Shown here: one piece after another, positions 41,101-54,252 of the stretch
Layout of the letters: each line of letters starts with the position of its first letter
How positions within the stretch are numbered: the stretch's first letter is position 1
Assembly (NCBI GenBank): GCA_964016885.1
Contig: OZ024752.1
Coordinates: 31,992,001 to 32,056,000 of the forward strand
From: Eledone cirrhosa
Taxonomy: Eukaryota
DNA length: 64,000 bases
Direction: 5' to 3'
Position numbers and translations under genes: made by a program
Notes under the pieces: model-generated
Told to the model about the DNA's origin: nothing
Databases searched by the model: none
The model's input: only the letters and a program-made list of their open reading frames with translations

Positions 41101-41976
41101 AAGATTTTGGAAAGCTCTATGTATGACAGTATAGAAGCTCTTGTGCTTAAGCAACGACTCCGTTGGAGTGGTCACCTTGCCAGGATGAAGGATTCTAGAA
41201 TACCAAAACAACTCTTTTATGGAGAGTTGGTTAAAGGAAAACGACCGCCACATAAACCAAAAAAGAGGTATAAGGATTCCTTGAAAGCCTCTCTGAAAGA
41301 CGCTAACATCTCTGCTGATACATGGGAAAATATTGCTGCTGATCGTAATAAATAGAGAAAGACTGTATATGAGGGAAAAGTTGCCTTTGAGACATCTCGA
41401 ATCGCATACGAGAAAGTAAAGCGGGATGTGAGGAAGGGCATTGCTGTTGCACTTCCAGACGGCGAGGGTCCTCCTATGGTGCTGACATGCAGCGTCTGTG
41501 CGAGACCCTGCCTAAGCAAAGCTGGACTCGAAAGTCATCTTCGCAGTCATAAAGTAAGACCATTGGTTGACTACCAGGCTGCTGTTGGAGATGCTACTCA
41601 TCATGCTTGCCAAACATGTGGTAGAGAATGTAAATCAGCAGGAGGGCTCAAGCGACATGCAAAAGTACATGAACTCCAACCACAGCCGACTATTCCCAGT
41701 GAATGTTTTGGTTGCCGACTCTGTGCAAGACATTTTAGATCATTGGCTGGGCTAAAAAGCCACATTCGATCGCAGCGCTGTTAGTTGCTATCGTGTGTGT
41801 GTGTGTATAGATATGCTTATGTGTGTGCGTGTATGTGTATATATAAATGTATATGTATATTATTATTGTTGTTGTCGTTATTATGATTATTGTTGTTATT
41901 ATTATTATTATTATTATTGTTATTAATGTATGTGTGTGTGTATATGTGTGTGTGTGTATATGTGTATGTATGTGTG

Positions 41977-42011
<35 letters not shown>

Positions 42012-42100
42012 TTTTTTTCTTCTTTTTTATTTATTTATTAATTTTTTTTTCTCCTCGTGCAATGGCCATACTCGATCACGAGGGGGCAGCTATCATCATG
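38183..42100 (+). mobile_element. RTE-clade LINE, near full length, disrupted
   Basis: Structured 5' UTR, APE-RT-ZnF coding region, 3' UTR interrupted by microsatellites, 3' terminal hairpin ctcg-atca-cgag followed by (TATG)n. Confidence 0.9.
38613..41784 (+). pseudogene. RTE LINE ORF: AP endonuclease, reverse transcriptase, three C2H2-type zinc fingers; about 5 frameshifts and a stop at 41353
   Basis: GVGFAV, VSVYAPT, LGDFNARVG, TWMHP..WHLLDYVL, WTDHRLV, GRSPGMDGIHAE, NYRVISLLS, QSGFRAGRGTTDMIF, FVDLTKAFDTV, GVTQGD, YADD, FVYLGS, LRWSGHLARM, CxxC..GLxxH three times. Confidence 0.93.
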
Positions 42101-42405
42101 TATGTATGTATGTATGTATATATATATATTCTTCTGACGAAAAAATGAATAAATAAAAGAAAAACCAGGCTCTGCAACAGACATTAGAAGATGTGACCAA
42201 TTAGATAGATAACTTTGTGTGATTATGTAAATTACGATAGTATTTTGAAGAAAACAATAAAAGTAAAACGTTATTGCTTATTTTATCATCCTGTCTTTTT
42301 GGAGGATAGAGACGATAATATGTGTATGACTTCATGATATTATGACGTATCAAGCGTGAACTAATATGAACAATTGACTCCTGCGTTTGTTTGTTTGTCC
42401 TTTTC

Positions 42406-42482
<77 letters not shown>

Positions 42483-42828
42483 TTGGGGAGGGTCCTATTG
42501 TTATAATATTGCTAATAATAGAACACACTCACTGTTTGTTTTGGGTTGATTTTCGTTTCTGTGTCTTTTATATCTCCATAGTTAATTTATCTGGCAATCA
42601 ATGTTTATTATTGATTGACAAACGGTTAAACATACACACACATAGACTATATATATATATATATATATATAGTCTATCAAAGTTCTTTCGTCACACATCT
42701 GTGACATCATTAGTAGTGGTACTATTATCTCTCTCTATCTCTCTCTCATATATATATATAGAGAGAGAGAGAGTCTGGAACTGGTTGTTGAAACGGCAGG
42801 AGTTCAGCCGACGGGGTCCCTACACTTC

Positions 42829-42892
<64 letters not shown>

Positions 42893-42976
42893 TAAACGAA
42901 GAGAACCAAGATTATCAAATAAAATCCATTTTTAGTACCTACTAAAAATGTAGATATGCACATGTGGAATAAACAG

Positions 42977-43023
<47 letters not shown>

Positions 43024-43125
43024 CAACTATCATATATATTTCAACTGTCATATATATATATATATATATAGATATATATATATATGACAGTTGAAAATTG
43101 CAAACTTGACTGTCACCACACATTA

Positions 43126-43164
43126 TGAACCTGAAGATTGCGAAAGCATGAAAGTACTTGTTCA
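43126..43164 (+). ncRNA. Minimal type I hammerhead ribozyme motif
   Basis: tgaac-CTGAAGA-t-tgc-gaaa-gca-t-GAAA-gtac-TT-gttca; palindromic stem III (aagtactt). Confidence 0.75.
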
Positions 43165-43450
43165 ATTAACACTTAACATTTAATATTCTATCATACTATT
43201 TCATTATAATACCATTATACATTTTAAAGGATTGTAAATAAAACGTGTAAATCAGACAAAGTTGGTATTCCTCTTATTAATATAATCTTATATACACAAT
43301 CATACACACCCGTGTATATTTATATATATATATATATATATAAATATATATATCATATATTGTAGATAGCAGCTGTTTTCAGGTTATGTAACTGTTATAG
43401 AAACACGTGTCAATAAATTCCTTTTAACTAAACTGTATCCATTCAAATCT

Positions 43451-43491
<41 letters not shown>

Positions 43492-43492
<1 letters not shown>

Positions 43493-43670
43493 GAAAACAA
43501 CAACACAGGCGTACAAGTTACGAAAGGTATTCGTTTCACGCTTATAGAGAGTGGAGGGTGTGGGTGCGACGTTTCGGGCATAAGCCCTTCACCAGGAGAG
43601 TGGTGGGAAGGAGAAGGAGGGGTGTAACTCCGAGAGAAAATTAGTGGGAAAAAATAAAAATAACTCATGG
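43492..43670 (-). mobile_element. PLE-like terminal fragment with degenerate hammerhead at 43568-43595
   Basis: Minus strand CTGGTGA-a-gggc-ttat-gccc-GAAAC-GTC. Confidence 0.6.
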
Positions 43671-43687
43671 GAGCGTGCTTGCTTTCG

Positions 43688-43740
<53 letters not shown>

Positions 43741-43935
43741 GTGCGTGTGCGTGTGTGTGTATAAATAAATAGTAGAAATGAAAGATTTTTGGAATAGAAA
43801 TTGTTGAAGAGATTCTTTCAGTGAAATTTAAAAGCATTAATTTATTTACAATACCGGTTTCAGCATTAAATGCATTGTCAATTGCGGATATGTAGAATAT
43901 TGTTAAGTTGCGTATTTGTACAAATAGGGATAATA

Positions 43936-44123
43936 ATAATTGTTTCTACTTTTGGCACAAGGCCAGCAATTAACCAGTACATTACTGGTACTTTATTTTA
44001 TCGACCCCGTAAGGATGAAAGGCAAAGTTAACCTCGGCGGGCTATGAACAGTCCGTAAAGGGAAGTAACTCTTTGCTGCAAAGCATGGCGTCCAACCCTC
44101 TACCCATACTGCCAATCCACCGT
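43936..44123 (-). mobile_element. SINE family A
   Basis: Full match; probable TSD caaatag[g/t]gataataataat. Confidence 0.85.
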
Positions 44124-44217
44124 CACAAATAGTGATAATAATAATAAAAAGAGAAGAAAAATTAATTTTCACATACATTTCATTTCTCTGTCCATCCTTC
44201 TCTGTTAATAGCTTGGT

Positions 44218-44263
<46 letters not shown>

Positions 44264-44477
44264 AGATCAAAAAATGGTTAAAAGAGTTCCAAGTATTTTA
44301 TTATGCACATTTCAAAAACAAATATCATCATGAGATGATATCTGCGTTTTCATCAGATAAAATAGGGATACATGATATGAAGCTTAAAAAACACTTGTGA
44401 ATAGTGAAGTTTTAAATCAACATATTAAAACTTCACTATTCACAAGTGTTTTTTAAGCTTCATATCATGCATCCCTA

Positions 44478-44544
44478 TTTTATCTGATGAAAACGCAGAT
44501 ATCATCCCATGATGATATTTGTTTTTGAAATGTGCATAATAAAA
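44478..44544 (+). ncRNA. Type I hammerhead ribozyme motif (mirror copy 44296-44362, minus)
   Basis: ttttat-CTGATGA-aaacgcagatatcatc-ccat-gatgatatttgttttt-GAAA-tgtgca-TA-ataaaa. Confidence 0.8.
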
Positions 44545-44600
44545 TACTTGGAACTCTTTTAACCATCTTTTGATCTTATATTATTTATACTCCAGTCTTA

Positions 44601-44790
44601 GGCGGTGGATTGGCAGTATCGGTAGAGGGTCGGACGCCATGCTTTCCAGCATAGTTACGTCCCTTTATGATCTGAGTTCAAATCCCGCCGAGGTTGACTT
44701 TGCCTTTCATCCTTACGGGGTCGATAAAATAAAGTACCAGTAATGCACTGGGTAATTGCTGGCCTTGTGCCTAAAGTAGAAACAATTATT
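44601..44790 (+). mobile_element. SINE family A with TSD
   Basis: tatactccagtc[t/c]ta at 44586 and 44791. Confidence 0.9.
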
Positions 44791-44872
44791 TATACTCCAG
44801 TCCTACAAATTGTAGAGTGCTTCTTATCCGATATTTGCATTGCTTTAATGTGCTACAATAAAACTCACCTCC

Positions 44873-44912
<40 letters not shown>

Positions 44913-45076
44913 AACACACTACAGAATGACCAGTGTCGCTAAAATGAGCATATGGTATTGCGGCGGCTGGGATTAGTAAGAGAGACTAACGCTTGAAGAA
45001 ATATCAATGGGATTATTTTGTGTGGTTGTCAGAGAGGAAAAGTGGTAAGTGGTATATAAATTGGTAACCTTATGAA

Positions 45077-45269
45077 ATAACTGTTTCTACTATTGGCACA
45101 AGGCCAGCAATTACCCCAGTACATTACTGGTACTTTATTTTATCGACCCCGTAACGATGAAAGGCAAAGTTAACCTCGGCGGGATTTGAACTCAGAATGG
45201 CAAGGGCCGTAACTCTATGCGTCAAAGCATGGCGTCCGACCCTCTACCAATACTGTCAATCCACCGCCC
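45077..45269 (-). mobile_element. SINE family A
   Basis: Full match; probable TSD atgaaataac. Confidence 0.85.
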
Positions 45270-45765
45270 CTAATGAAATAACAGCTTGTTCGATATAAAG
45301 ATCAAATATACATATACACACACATACCTACATACATACATAATACACACACATACATAAATACATACATACACACACAGACACACAAATACATACATAC
45401 ATACATACATAAATACATACACACACACACACACACAAATACATACATACATAAATTCATACACACACACACACACATACATACATACATACATACATAC
45501 ATACATACATACATACGTACATACATACATAAATTCATACATACATACATACACACACATACATACACACACACACGCACATACACACACACATATAACT
45601 AAATTAGATTTAATTGAATATTTTGCAGCAATGGTGTTAATTAGTAAACTTGAATATAGATTAGATATAATGGCACCGTTCACAAAATGCAGTAATGCGT
45701 GATTCTATACATATCAATGTTGATGGTTATATATATAGAGCTTCGATTATGCTGTACTTCCGTTT

Positions 45766-45806
<41 letters not shown>

Positions 45807-46161
45807 AAGGCGGGTAAAATTCCCGAGATCCATGGACGAGTTCTCTCCAGCGGTCTCTGTCCCTAATTATCTCCTCTGTGTCACTTTTGAGCTGAATGTA
45901 TATACAGTGTGTTTGGCAATACCCTGTATGCTTAATTAAAAGCATTTCGAAGACTTTACGCTATTGTTTTAAAGTAGTGACAGTCTCACTTACTTTAAAT
46001 TTTCAGCAAACAGGGGAGATAAAGCTGACAGAGCTCTGTTTCGTACTGATTGGTACTTATCAAAGCCAAGTACTCCACCTGTTTGCTGAAAATCATGCAT
46101 CTTTGATTCTTATAGAATTCTAGTAATAATCAGGAACTGATTATACAGAGCATATAAAGAG

Positions 46162-46203
<42 letters not shown>

Positions 46204-46651
46204 TTTATTCTTTTACCTATTCCAGCCATCCGGCTGAGACCATGCTGGGGCACCGCCCGCGAATAGATGGATAGATAGATAAAAAGATAGAGAAAGAGAG
46301 ACGGAGGGAGAGAGACAGAGAGACAGAGACACGGAGAGAGAGACAGAGAGAGTGAAAGAAAGAGAGAAAGAGAGAGAGAGATATTTACATACAGTTGTGC
46401 ATATATATTAATTGTCCAGGTGTGGCATTATACGTGTATATATATATATATATATATAATATACATACATACACGTATACATATGCACGTATATAGTCTG
46501 GAACTAGCTGTTGAAACGGTAAGAGCTCAGCCGTCGGGCGGCGACTCTTTATAATATAACCATACTCTACTACCGCAAGTATTGAGTACTCTGAGTAATG
46601 GTCTAACCAAATTCAAACTGAATCCATCCTGATTTATATATATACATATAA

Positions 46652-46838
46652 ATAATTGTTTCTACTTTAGGCACAAGGCCAGCAATTACCCAGTACATTA
46701 CTGGTACTTTATTTTATCGACCCCGTAAGGATGAAAGGCAAAGTCAACCTCGGCGGGATTTGAACTCAGATCGTAAAGGGACGTAACTATGCTGGAAAGC
46801 ATGGCGTCCGACCCTCTACCGATTCTGCCAATCCACCG
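46652..46838 (-). mobile_element. SINE family A
   Basis: Full match; 5' half duplicated at 48170-48235. Confidence 0.85.
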
Positions 46839-46879
46839 ATACACTGTCTAGCTCTATACCTCGACACTGAAGTGAACCT

Positions 46880-48164
46880 GTGACTGAATATGAATAAATG
46901 TGAAGTCCTATGACTGAATATGAATAAATGTGAAGTCCTATGACTGAATATGAATAAATGTGAAGTCCTAAGACTGAATATGAGTAAATGTGAAGTCCTA
47001 CGACTGAATATGAGTAAATGTGAAGTCTTGTGACTGAATATGAGTAAATGTGAAGTCCTAAGACTGAATATGAGTAAATGTGAAGTCCTAAGACTGAATA
47101 TGAGTAAATGTGAAGTCCTGTGACTGAATATGAGTAAATGTGAAGTCCTAAGACTGAATATGAGTAAATATGAAGTCCTACAACTGAATATGAGTAAATG
47201 TGAAGTCCTACGACTGAATATGAGTAAATGTGAAGTCCTGTGACTGAATATGAGTAAATGTGAAGTCCTATGACTGAATATGAGTAAATGTGAAGTCCTA
47301 AGACTGAATATGAGTAAATGTGAAGTCCTACAACTGAATATGAGTAAATGTGAAGTCCTATGACTGAATATGAGTAAATGTGAAGTCCTACAACTGAATA
47401 TGAGTAAATGTGAAGTCCTATGACTGAATATGAGTAAATGTGAAGTCCTACAACTGAATATGAGTAAATGTGAAGTCCTATGACTGAATATGAGTAAATG
47501 TGAAGTCCTATGACTGAATATGAGTAAATGTGAAGTCCTACAACTGAATATGAGTAAATGTGAAGTCCTATGACTGAATATGAGTAAATGTGAAGTCCTA
47601 AGACTGAATATGAGTAAATGTGAAGTCCTATGACTGAATATGAGTAAATGTGAAGTCCTACAACTGAATATGAGTAAATGTGAAGTCCTATGACTGAATA
47701 TGAGTAAATGTGAAGTCCTATGACTGAATATGAGTAAATGTGAAGTCCTACAACTGAATATGAGTAAATGTGAAGTCCTATGACTGAATATGAGTAAATG
47801 TGAAGTCCTAAGACTGAATATGAGTAAATGTGAAGTCCTATGACTGAATATGAATAAATGTGAAGTCCTACAACAGAATATGAGTAAATGTGAAGTCCTA
47901 CAACTGAATATGAGTAAATGTGAAGTCCTATGACTGAATATGAGTAAATGTGAAGTCCTACAACTGAATATGAGTAAATGTGAAGTCCTGTGACTGAATA
48001 TGAGTAAATGTGAAGTCCTACAACTGAATATGAGTAAATGTGAAGTCCTATGACTGAATATGAGTAAATGTGAAGTCCTAAGACTGAATATGAGTAAATG
48101 TGAAGTCCTACAACTGAATATGAGTAAATGTGAAGTCCTATGACTGAATATGAGTAAATGTGAA
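46880..48164. repeat. 30-bp minisatellite, about 43 units
   Basis: actgaatatgagtaaatgtgaagtcctNNN. Confidence 0.95.
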
Positions 48165-48332
48165 AGCAAGTAAAGGGACGTAACTATGCTAGAAAGCATG
48201 GCGTCCGACCCTCTACCGATACTGCCAATCCACCGATACACTGTCTCGCTCTACACCTCGACACTGAAGTGAACCTAAACATCGAGTGCTCACCCGGGTG
48301 AACCTACAGTAACTTCAAGTTACACTCCCTGG

Positions 48333-48376
<44 letters not shown>

Positions 48377-48493
48377 ATATAAAGGATCGATCGACTTTCG
48401 TCAAATCGGACCGAGGAAACAATGTTTCCGTTGGTCTTTCCAATTGCTAATACTATCGATCGGTCGCATCTCCAGGTAGAAGGAGCAACGTAA

Positions 48494-48660
<167 letters not shown>

Positions 48661-49774
48661 GCGTGCGTATGTATGTATGCATGCATGAATTAATTTACTT
48701 ACGTATGTATCTATGTATATCCCTGCGTACATATGTGTATATGCATCTATTTATGTGAATTCAGAAGTTAAAAAGCCGAGAGACTTACTATAAATTACTA
48801 CAAATTCGACACTAAAATCTCTCCCAATTTCCATCCTAATATCAAATACGATAAATAATAGAACGGTAATCTAGCATGGCCGTAGTCGATTGCTTGAAAC
48901 CAGATTTAATGCAGAATGATCATGGACGGTGATCATTTGGTTTACTTTGTCATATTTAACGTACTTTGTTCTTTGCAGCAGAAATTATCTCGGAGCAAAG
49001 TAGAAAGAAAGCGTTTTAAGTATAAATTATTGGTTTCGTGTAGACAGCAGGGGAGGTCCATTAGCTTGTTGTATGTATAGCATGGACATCGTGTTCATTT
49101 GAATCTTGTTAACATTGTCAACATTACGCACGAAGTGTAGAAGCTATACAAAACCACAATGCCTCATTCAATTCGATGTATATTTTTAGCTTTTCTAATA
49201 CTCCCTCTCTCATGCGACGTTAATCTACGTTGTACATGAAATGGAATTATATAGTGTTGTCCGCTCATCTAAGTGACAGAGTTATTATTATTAGTATTAT
49301 TAGTGGTGTAATAAAGAAAGCATTATTATTGGTGGTACTAAACTAACTTGATTATAGTAATAGACAAGAGTATCTCCAATATATTTCATGTCTTTTGAAA
49401 TCTTTATCAGAAATCACGATTTATATTGGATAGAATAATGTTAACATTGATTTAAGTCTTTGGGAAAGTCGTGAACATCTGAAATCCTCATTTGAAATAG
49501 CCATAGTAATTTTATCTATTTTCATATGGATTTGTGTGAGGAAAAGGAACAGGTCTTATACTGAATTGTGGAGATCCTTACATCAATGGGTCTGAGGTAG
49601 CGAGGGAGATTCCTATAGATCTTGAAAGACACTTGATTACAGTTGGAAAGTAAACAAGGTTTGGAAAAGTAGTAAAGTCAGGAAAGGAGAATTATTTGCA
49701 GTACTTGAGAAGTATTTGGGAAATTTAAGATTAAAAGGAATAAAACCCAGAAGACGTAAATTTCAAGAGTCGAA

Positions 49775-50780
49775 TGAATAAATGTGAGGAGGTCTTATGA
49801 CTGAAAATGTGAAAGATTATGAATGATTGAATATAAGTAAATATAAGTAAATATAAAAGCTTTTGAATGACTGAATAAATATGAAAGCTTGTGAGTGAAT
49901 GGGTAAATGTGAAGTCTTACGACTGAATATGAGTAAATGTGAAGTCCTGTGACTGAATATGAGTAAATGTGAAGTCCTGTGACTGAATATGAGTAAATGT
50001 GAAGTCCTATGACTGAATATAAATAAATGTGAAGTCCTATGACTGAATATGAGTAAATGTGAAGTCTTACGACTGAATATGAGTAAATGTGAAGTCCTGT
50101 GACTGAATATAAGTAAATGTGAAGTCCTATGACTGAATATGAGTAAATGTGAAGTCCTATGACTGAATATGAATAAATGTGAAGTCCTACAACTGAATAT
50201 GAGTAAATGTGAAGTCCTATGACTGAATATGAGTAAATGTGAAGTCCTACGACTGAATATGACTAAATGTGAAAGTGTATGAATGGTTGAATATGAGTAA
50301 ACGTCAAAGGTTATGACTGGATATGGGTAAATGTGAAAGGTTGTCAGTTAATATGGGTAAATGTGAAAGCGTATCAGTGAATATGAGTAAATGTGAAGTC
50401 CTGTGACTGAATATGAGTAAATGTGAAAGCATATGAATGGTTGAATATGAGTAAATGTGAAAGGTTATCAGTGGATATGGGTAAACGTGAAAGCTTGTCA
50501 GTGAATATGTGTAAATGTGAAAGCTTATGAATGATTAAATGTGAGTAAATGTGAAAGTTTATGAATGATTAAATGTGAAAGCTTATGAATGATTAAATGT
50601 GAAAGCTTATGAATGATTAAATGCTAGTAAATGTGAAAGCTTATGAATGATTAAATGTGAGTAAATGTGAAAGCTTATAAATGATTAAATGAGAGGAAAT
50701 GTGAAAGCTTATGAGAGGAAATGTGAAAGCTTATGAATGATTAAATGTGAAGGATTATGACTGAATATGCGAAATTTGAA
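49775..50780. repeat. Older, degenerate array of the same 30-bp minisatellite
   Basis: Homogeneous core 49905-50270 with diverged flanks. Confidence 0.9.
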
Positions 50781-51129
50781 AGAGAGAAAAGAGAGGAATT
50801 TATTTTACATAACCATAGGATAAGAGGAATATAAACATCCTCATAGCTATAATAAATATATATATATTTTTTAATTTTCCATTTTATTTAATATCCTCTG
50901 TATAACAGCAGGGAATACACACACACACCTATATATATATATACGCACACACACATTGCTTACAACATATCTAATAAATGTCATTTTTATCAGGACATAC
51001 AATAACCGAAGGTATCTAATAATATGACTAAATATTCCTAAAGGTTTACTATATGACAGAATATATTATTGATATTTAGACCAAGAATAAAAGAAATATT
51101 CATGTACACAAACACACGTGTGTTTGGAA

Positions 51130-51337
51130 GAGTGAGTGAGTGAGTGAGTGAGTGAGTGAGTGAGTGAGTGAGTGAGTGAGTGAGTGAGTGAGTGAGTGAG
51201 TGAGTGAGTGAGTGAGTGAGTGAGTGAGTGAGTGAGTGAGTGAGTGAGTGAGTGAGTGAGTGAGTGAGTGAGTGAGTGAGTGAGTGAGTGAGTGAGTGAG
51301 TGAGTGAGTGAGTGAGTGAGTGAGTGAGTGAGTGAGT
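51130..51337. repeat. (GAGT)n microsatellite
   Basis: Direct reading. Confidence 0.95.
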
Positions 51338-51724
51338 TCTTCTGGTTTTATAATTTCACAAAGTTTTACCAATAGAGAGAGAGAGTCGGTTTCTAACAGA
51401 CACAAGACTCTCTCATTGGAATTTACACAACAGCAACTAGGTAGATTATGTATGTATGTCTGCATGCATGCATGTGTAGATATGGATGTTATTGTATGTG
51501 TGGATGTGGATGTTTTGAGTTGTATGTGTGCATGTGTATATGCTTAGTATCTGTACATGTGTATGTGCAGTTATAAGATGCAAAATTTTTGGAATCTTTT
51601 ACATATTTTTACTGTTCCATTAATGGATTGTACTTGTAATTTCCTAACTACAATGTATGTGTGTATATATGTGTGTATGTGTGTGTGTATATGTGTGTAT
51701 GTGTGTGTGTGCGCGCGTGTGCGG

Positions 51725-51852
51725 GGTTCAGTAAGTAAGGTACTCAATGCATAGCAGAGTATAAATATTTAATATAGGAAATGGCTTCTACAGGACTAGA
51801 ACTGTTTCATTCGAATGAAACATTTCTAGTCCAGTAGAAGCCATTTCTATAT

Positions 51853-51860
<8 letters not shown>
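51725..51860 (-). mobile_element. Fold-back element, family 'ctagtcctgtagaag'
   Basis: Palindrome ~51764-51860 centred on tttcattcgaatgaaa. Confidence 0.75.
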
Positions 51861-51890
<30 letters not shown>

Positions 51891-52899
51891 CGTGCGTGCG
51901 CGCTTCTATGTGTGCTTGTGTGTATATCTAAATGAAAGGTACAACTGAGATTACATCTAAATGTGAAACAGTAATAATATATATGAGATAGAATATATGA
52001 TTATATATATATATATATATATATATTGGTTCGTCAAGTATGAAATTTGTAAAAATTTCAAGGAAAAAAAAACAACAAATTTCATACTTGACGACCTAAT
52101 GTAATCATATATATATATATATTTATATAGTCCTATTATAACAATATATATAATCATATATTATAGACATATTATATAATATATAATATATATATACATA
52201 TATATTATATATATATATTATATATAATATATTATATATAATATATATACATATATATTATATATATAGTCATATTATAACAATATATATAATCATATAT
52301 TAGAGACATATTATATATAATATATATATACATACAGAGAGAGAGAGAGAGAGAAAGAGAGAGCGGGAGAGGGAGAGAGCGGGAGAGAGAGCGGGAGAGG
52401 GAGAGAGCGGGAGAGAGAGCGGGGGAGAGACCGGGAGAGAGGGAGAGAGAGAGAGCGAGAATTAGATGGACAGATTACGCCGTTTGATATATGTATGGTG
52501 TAATTAGTGTCATAGAAAATGAAAACTCTGAAGCCAACAACAGTTATCTTTGATAGTGTATAGAGCAAAATAAATATGGCTTCTGCGAATCACCGCCATT
52601 AAGTTCAAGATAATATGATGCTGATCAGGATTCTGCTTTCACCTTAAACGAATATATTCTCTAATGATGCCTAGTCGAGTAGCTAATGCTGATTTTAGTA
52701 TACATTTTCTTATAAGATAAGAATATGTTTGCCTTGTAGTCAAATGTCGAATAAGATCACTGTGGTTCAAAGGTGCAACTATTGAGTTAAGTTGTTGAAC
52801 GAATTTTCAGGTTGTTGATCTTAGATTTTCTATTTGAAATTTATTTTTGAATAATTTGTTCTAGGATAAGCGTCATGTAGCTAGTAATTTTTGGTGGAG

Positions 52900-53110
52900 G
52901 CTGTTGTGTGTTGTGTTCTTGAGTAAAACACTTCATTTCACGTCACTTCAGTATAGCCACCTGAAAATGAATACCAGCAATAGCTGAGGGTTTAACTCTG
53001 CGACGGACTAGTGTCCTTTCCATGAGGACGTTTTATACTCTCAGTAGCTTCACGCCACGAAAACCAGTATAAGCACCGGCCTAATGACCCTTTGGGCTCG
53101 AGACATACTT
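52900..53110 (+). mobile_element. Old SINE remnant related to the family B core
   Basis: tgtgttgtgttcttgagtaaaacacttcatttcacgtc...aaatgaatacc. Confidence 0.5.
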
Positions 53111-53213
53111 CAGACTTAGCAATTTAGGTTTGCTTGATATTCCGAATCTGAATACGAAACAGTGTCTTAACTTAAGTTGGCGAATAAGCCGAATTGGTAG
53201 AGCATCGGATAAA

Positions 53214-53402
53214 ATAATTGTTTCTACTTTTGGCACAAGGCCAGCAATTACCCAGTACATTACTGGTACTTTATTTTATCGACCCAGTAAGGATGAAAGG
53301 CAAAGTTAACCTCGGCGGGATTTGAACTCGGAATGGCAAGGGACGTAACTATGCTGGAAAGCATGGTGTCCGACGCTCTACAGATACTGCCAATCCACCG
53401 CC
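53214..53402 (-). mobile_element. SINE family A
   Basis: Full match; probable TSD taaaataat; nested in an older plus-strand SINE (53175-53212 and 53403-53550). Confidence 0.85.
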
Positions 53403-53550
53403 CCTTAAAATAATATTGTTATATTTGTTCTAGCTTTTTACATTCTGAGTTCAAATAGCGCCAATGTCAATTTTGTCTTTCATCCATCCAGGGTCGATAA
53501 AATAATTTACCAGTCAAGAACTGGAGCTCATTTAAGCAACTTTGCCTTTC

Positions 53551-54252
53551 GCCTAAATTTGCTGGCCTTGAGCTTAAATTTGCTGGCCTTGAGCCTATAT
53601 TTGCTGGCCTTGAGCCTATATTTGCTGGGCTTGAGCCTAAATTTGCTGGCCTTGAGCCTAAATTTGCTGGCCTTGAGCCTAAATTTGCTGGCCTTGAGCC
53701 TAAATTTGCTGGCCTTGTGCCTAAATTTGCTGGCCTTGAGCCTAAATTTGCTGGCCTTGAGCCTAAATTTGCTGGCCTTGAGCCTAAATTTGCTAGCCTT
53801 GAGCTTAAATTTGCTGGCCTTGAGCCTAAATTTGCTGGCCTTGAGCCTAAATTTGCTGGCCTTGAGCCTATATTTGCTGGCCTTGAGCCTAAATTTGCTG
53901 GCCTTGAGCCTAAATTTGCTGGCCTTGAGCCTAAATTTGCTGGCCTTGAGCCTAAATTTGCTGGCCTTGAGCCTAAATTTGCTGGCCTTGAGCCTAAATT
54001 TGCTGGCCTTGAGCCTAAATTTGCTGGCCTTGAGCCTAAATTTGCTGGGCTTGAGCCTAAATTTGCTGGGCTTGAGCCTATATTTGCTGGCCTTGAGCCT
54101 ATATTTGCTGGCCTTGAGCCTATATTTGCTGGCCTTGAGCCTATATTTGCTGGCCTTGAGCCTATATTTGCTGGCCTTGAGCCTATATTTGCTGGCCTTG
54201 AGCCTAAATTTGCTGGCCTTGAGCCTAAATTTGCTGGCCTTGAGCCTAAATT
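53551..54252. repeat. 21-bp minisatellite, about 33 units, derived from a SINE tail
   Basis: gccta[a/t]atttgctggccttga. Confidence 0.95.

Larger units (their letters stand above)
44255..44877 (+). mobile_element. Fold-back PLE-like element (~160-bp arms) with complete hammerheads on both arms; tail split by a SINE
   Basis: Arms 44255-44415 and 44424-44585. Confidence 0.85.

Noticed and set aside
46787-48241. 484-aa ORF (SHLLIFSHRT)n
   Set aside because: Stop-free 30-bp minisatellite; the ORF starts and ends inside SINE sequence
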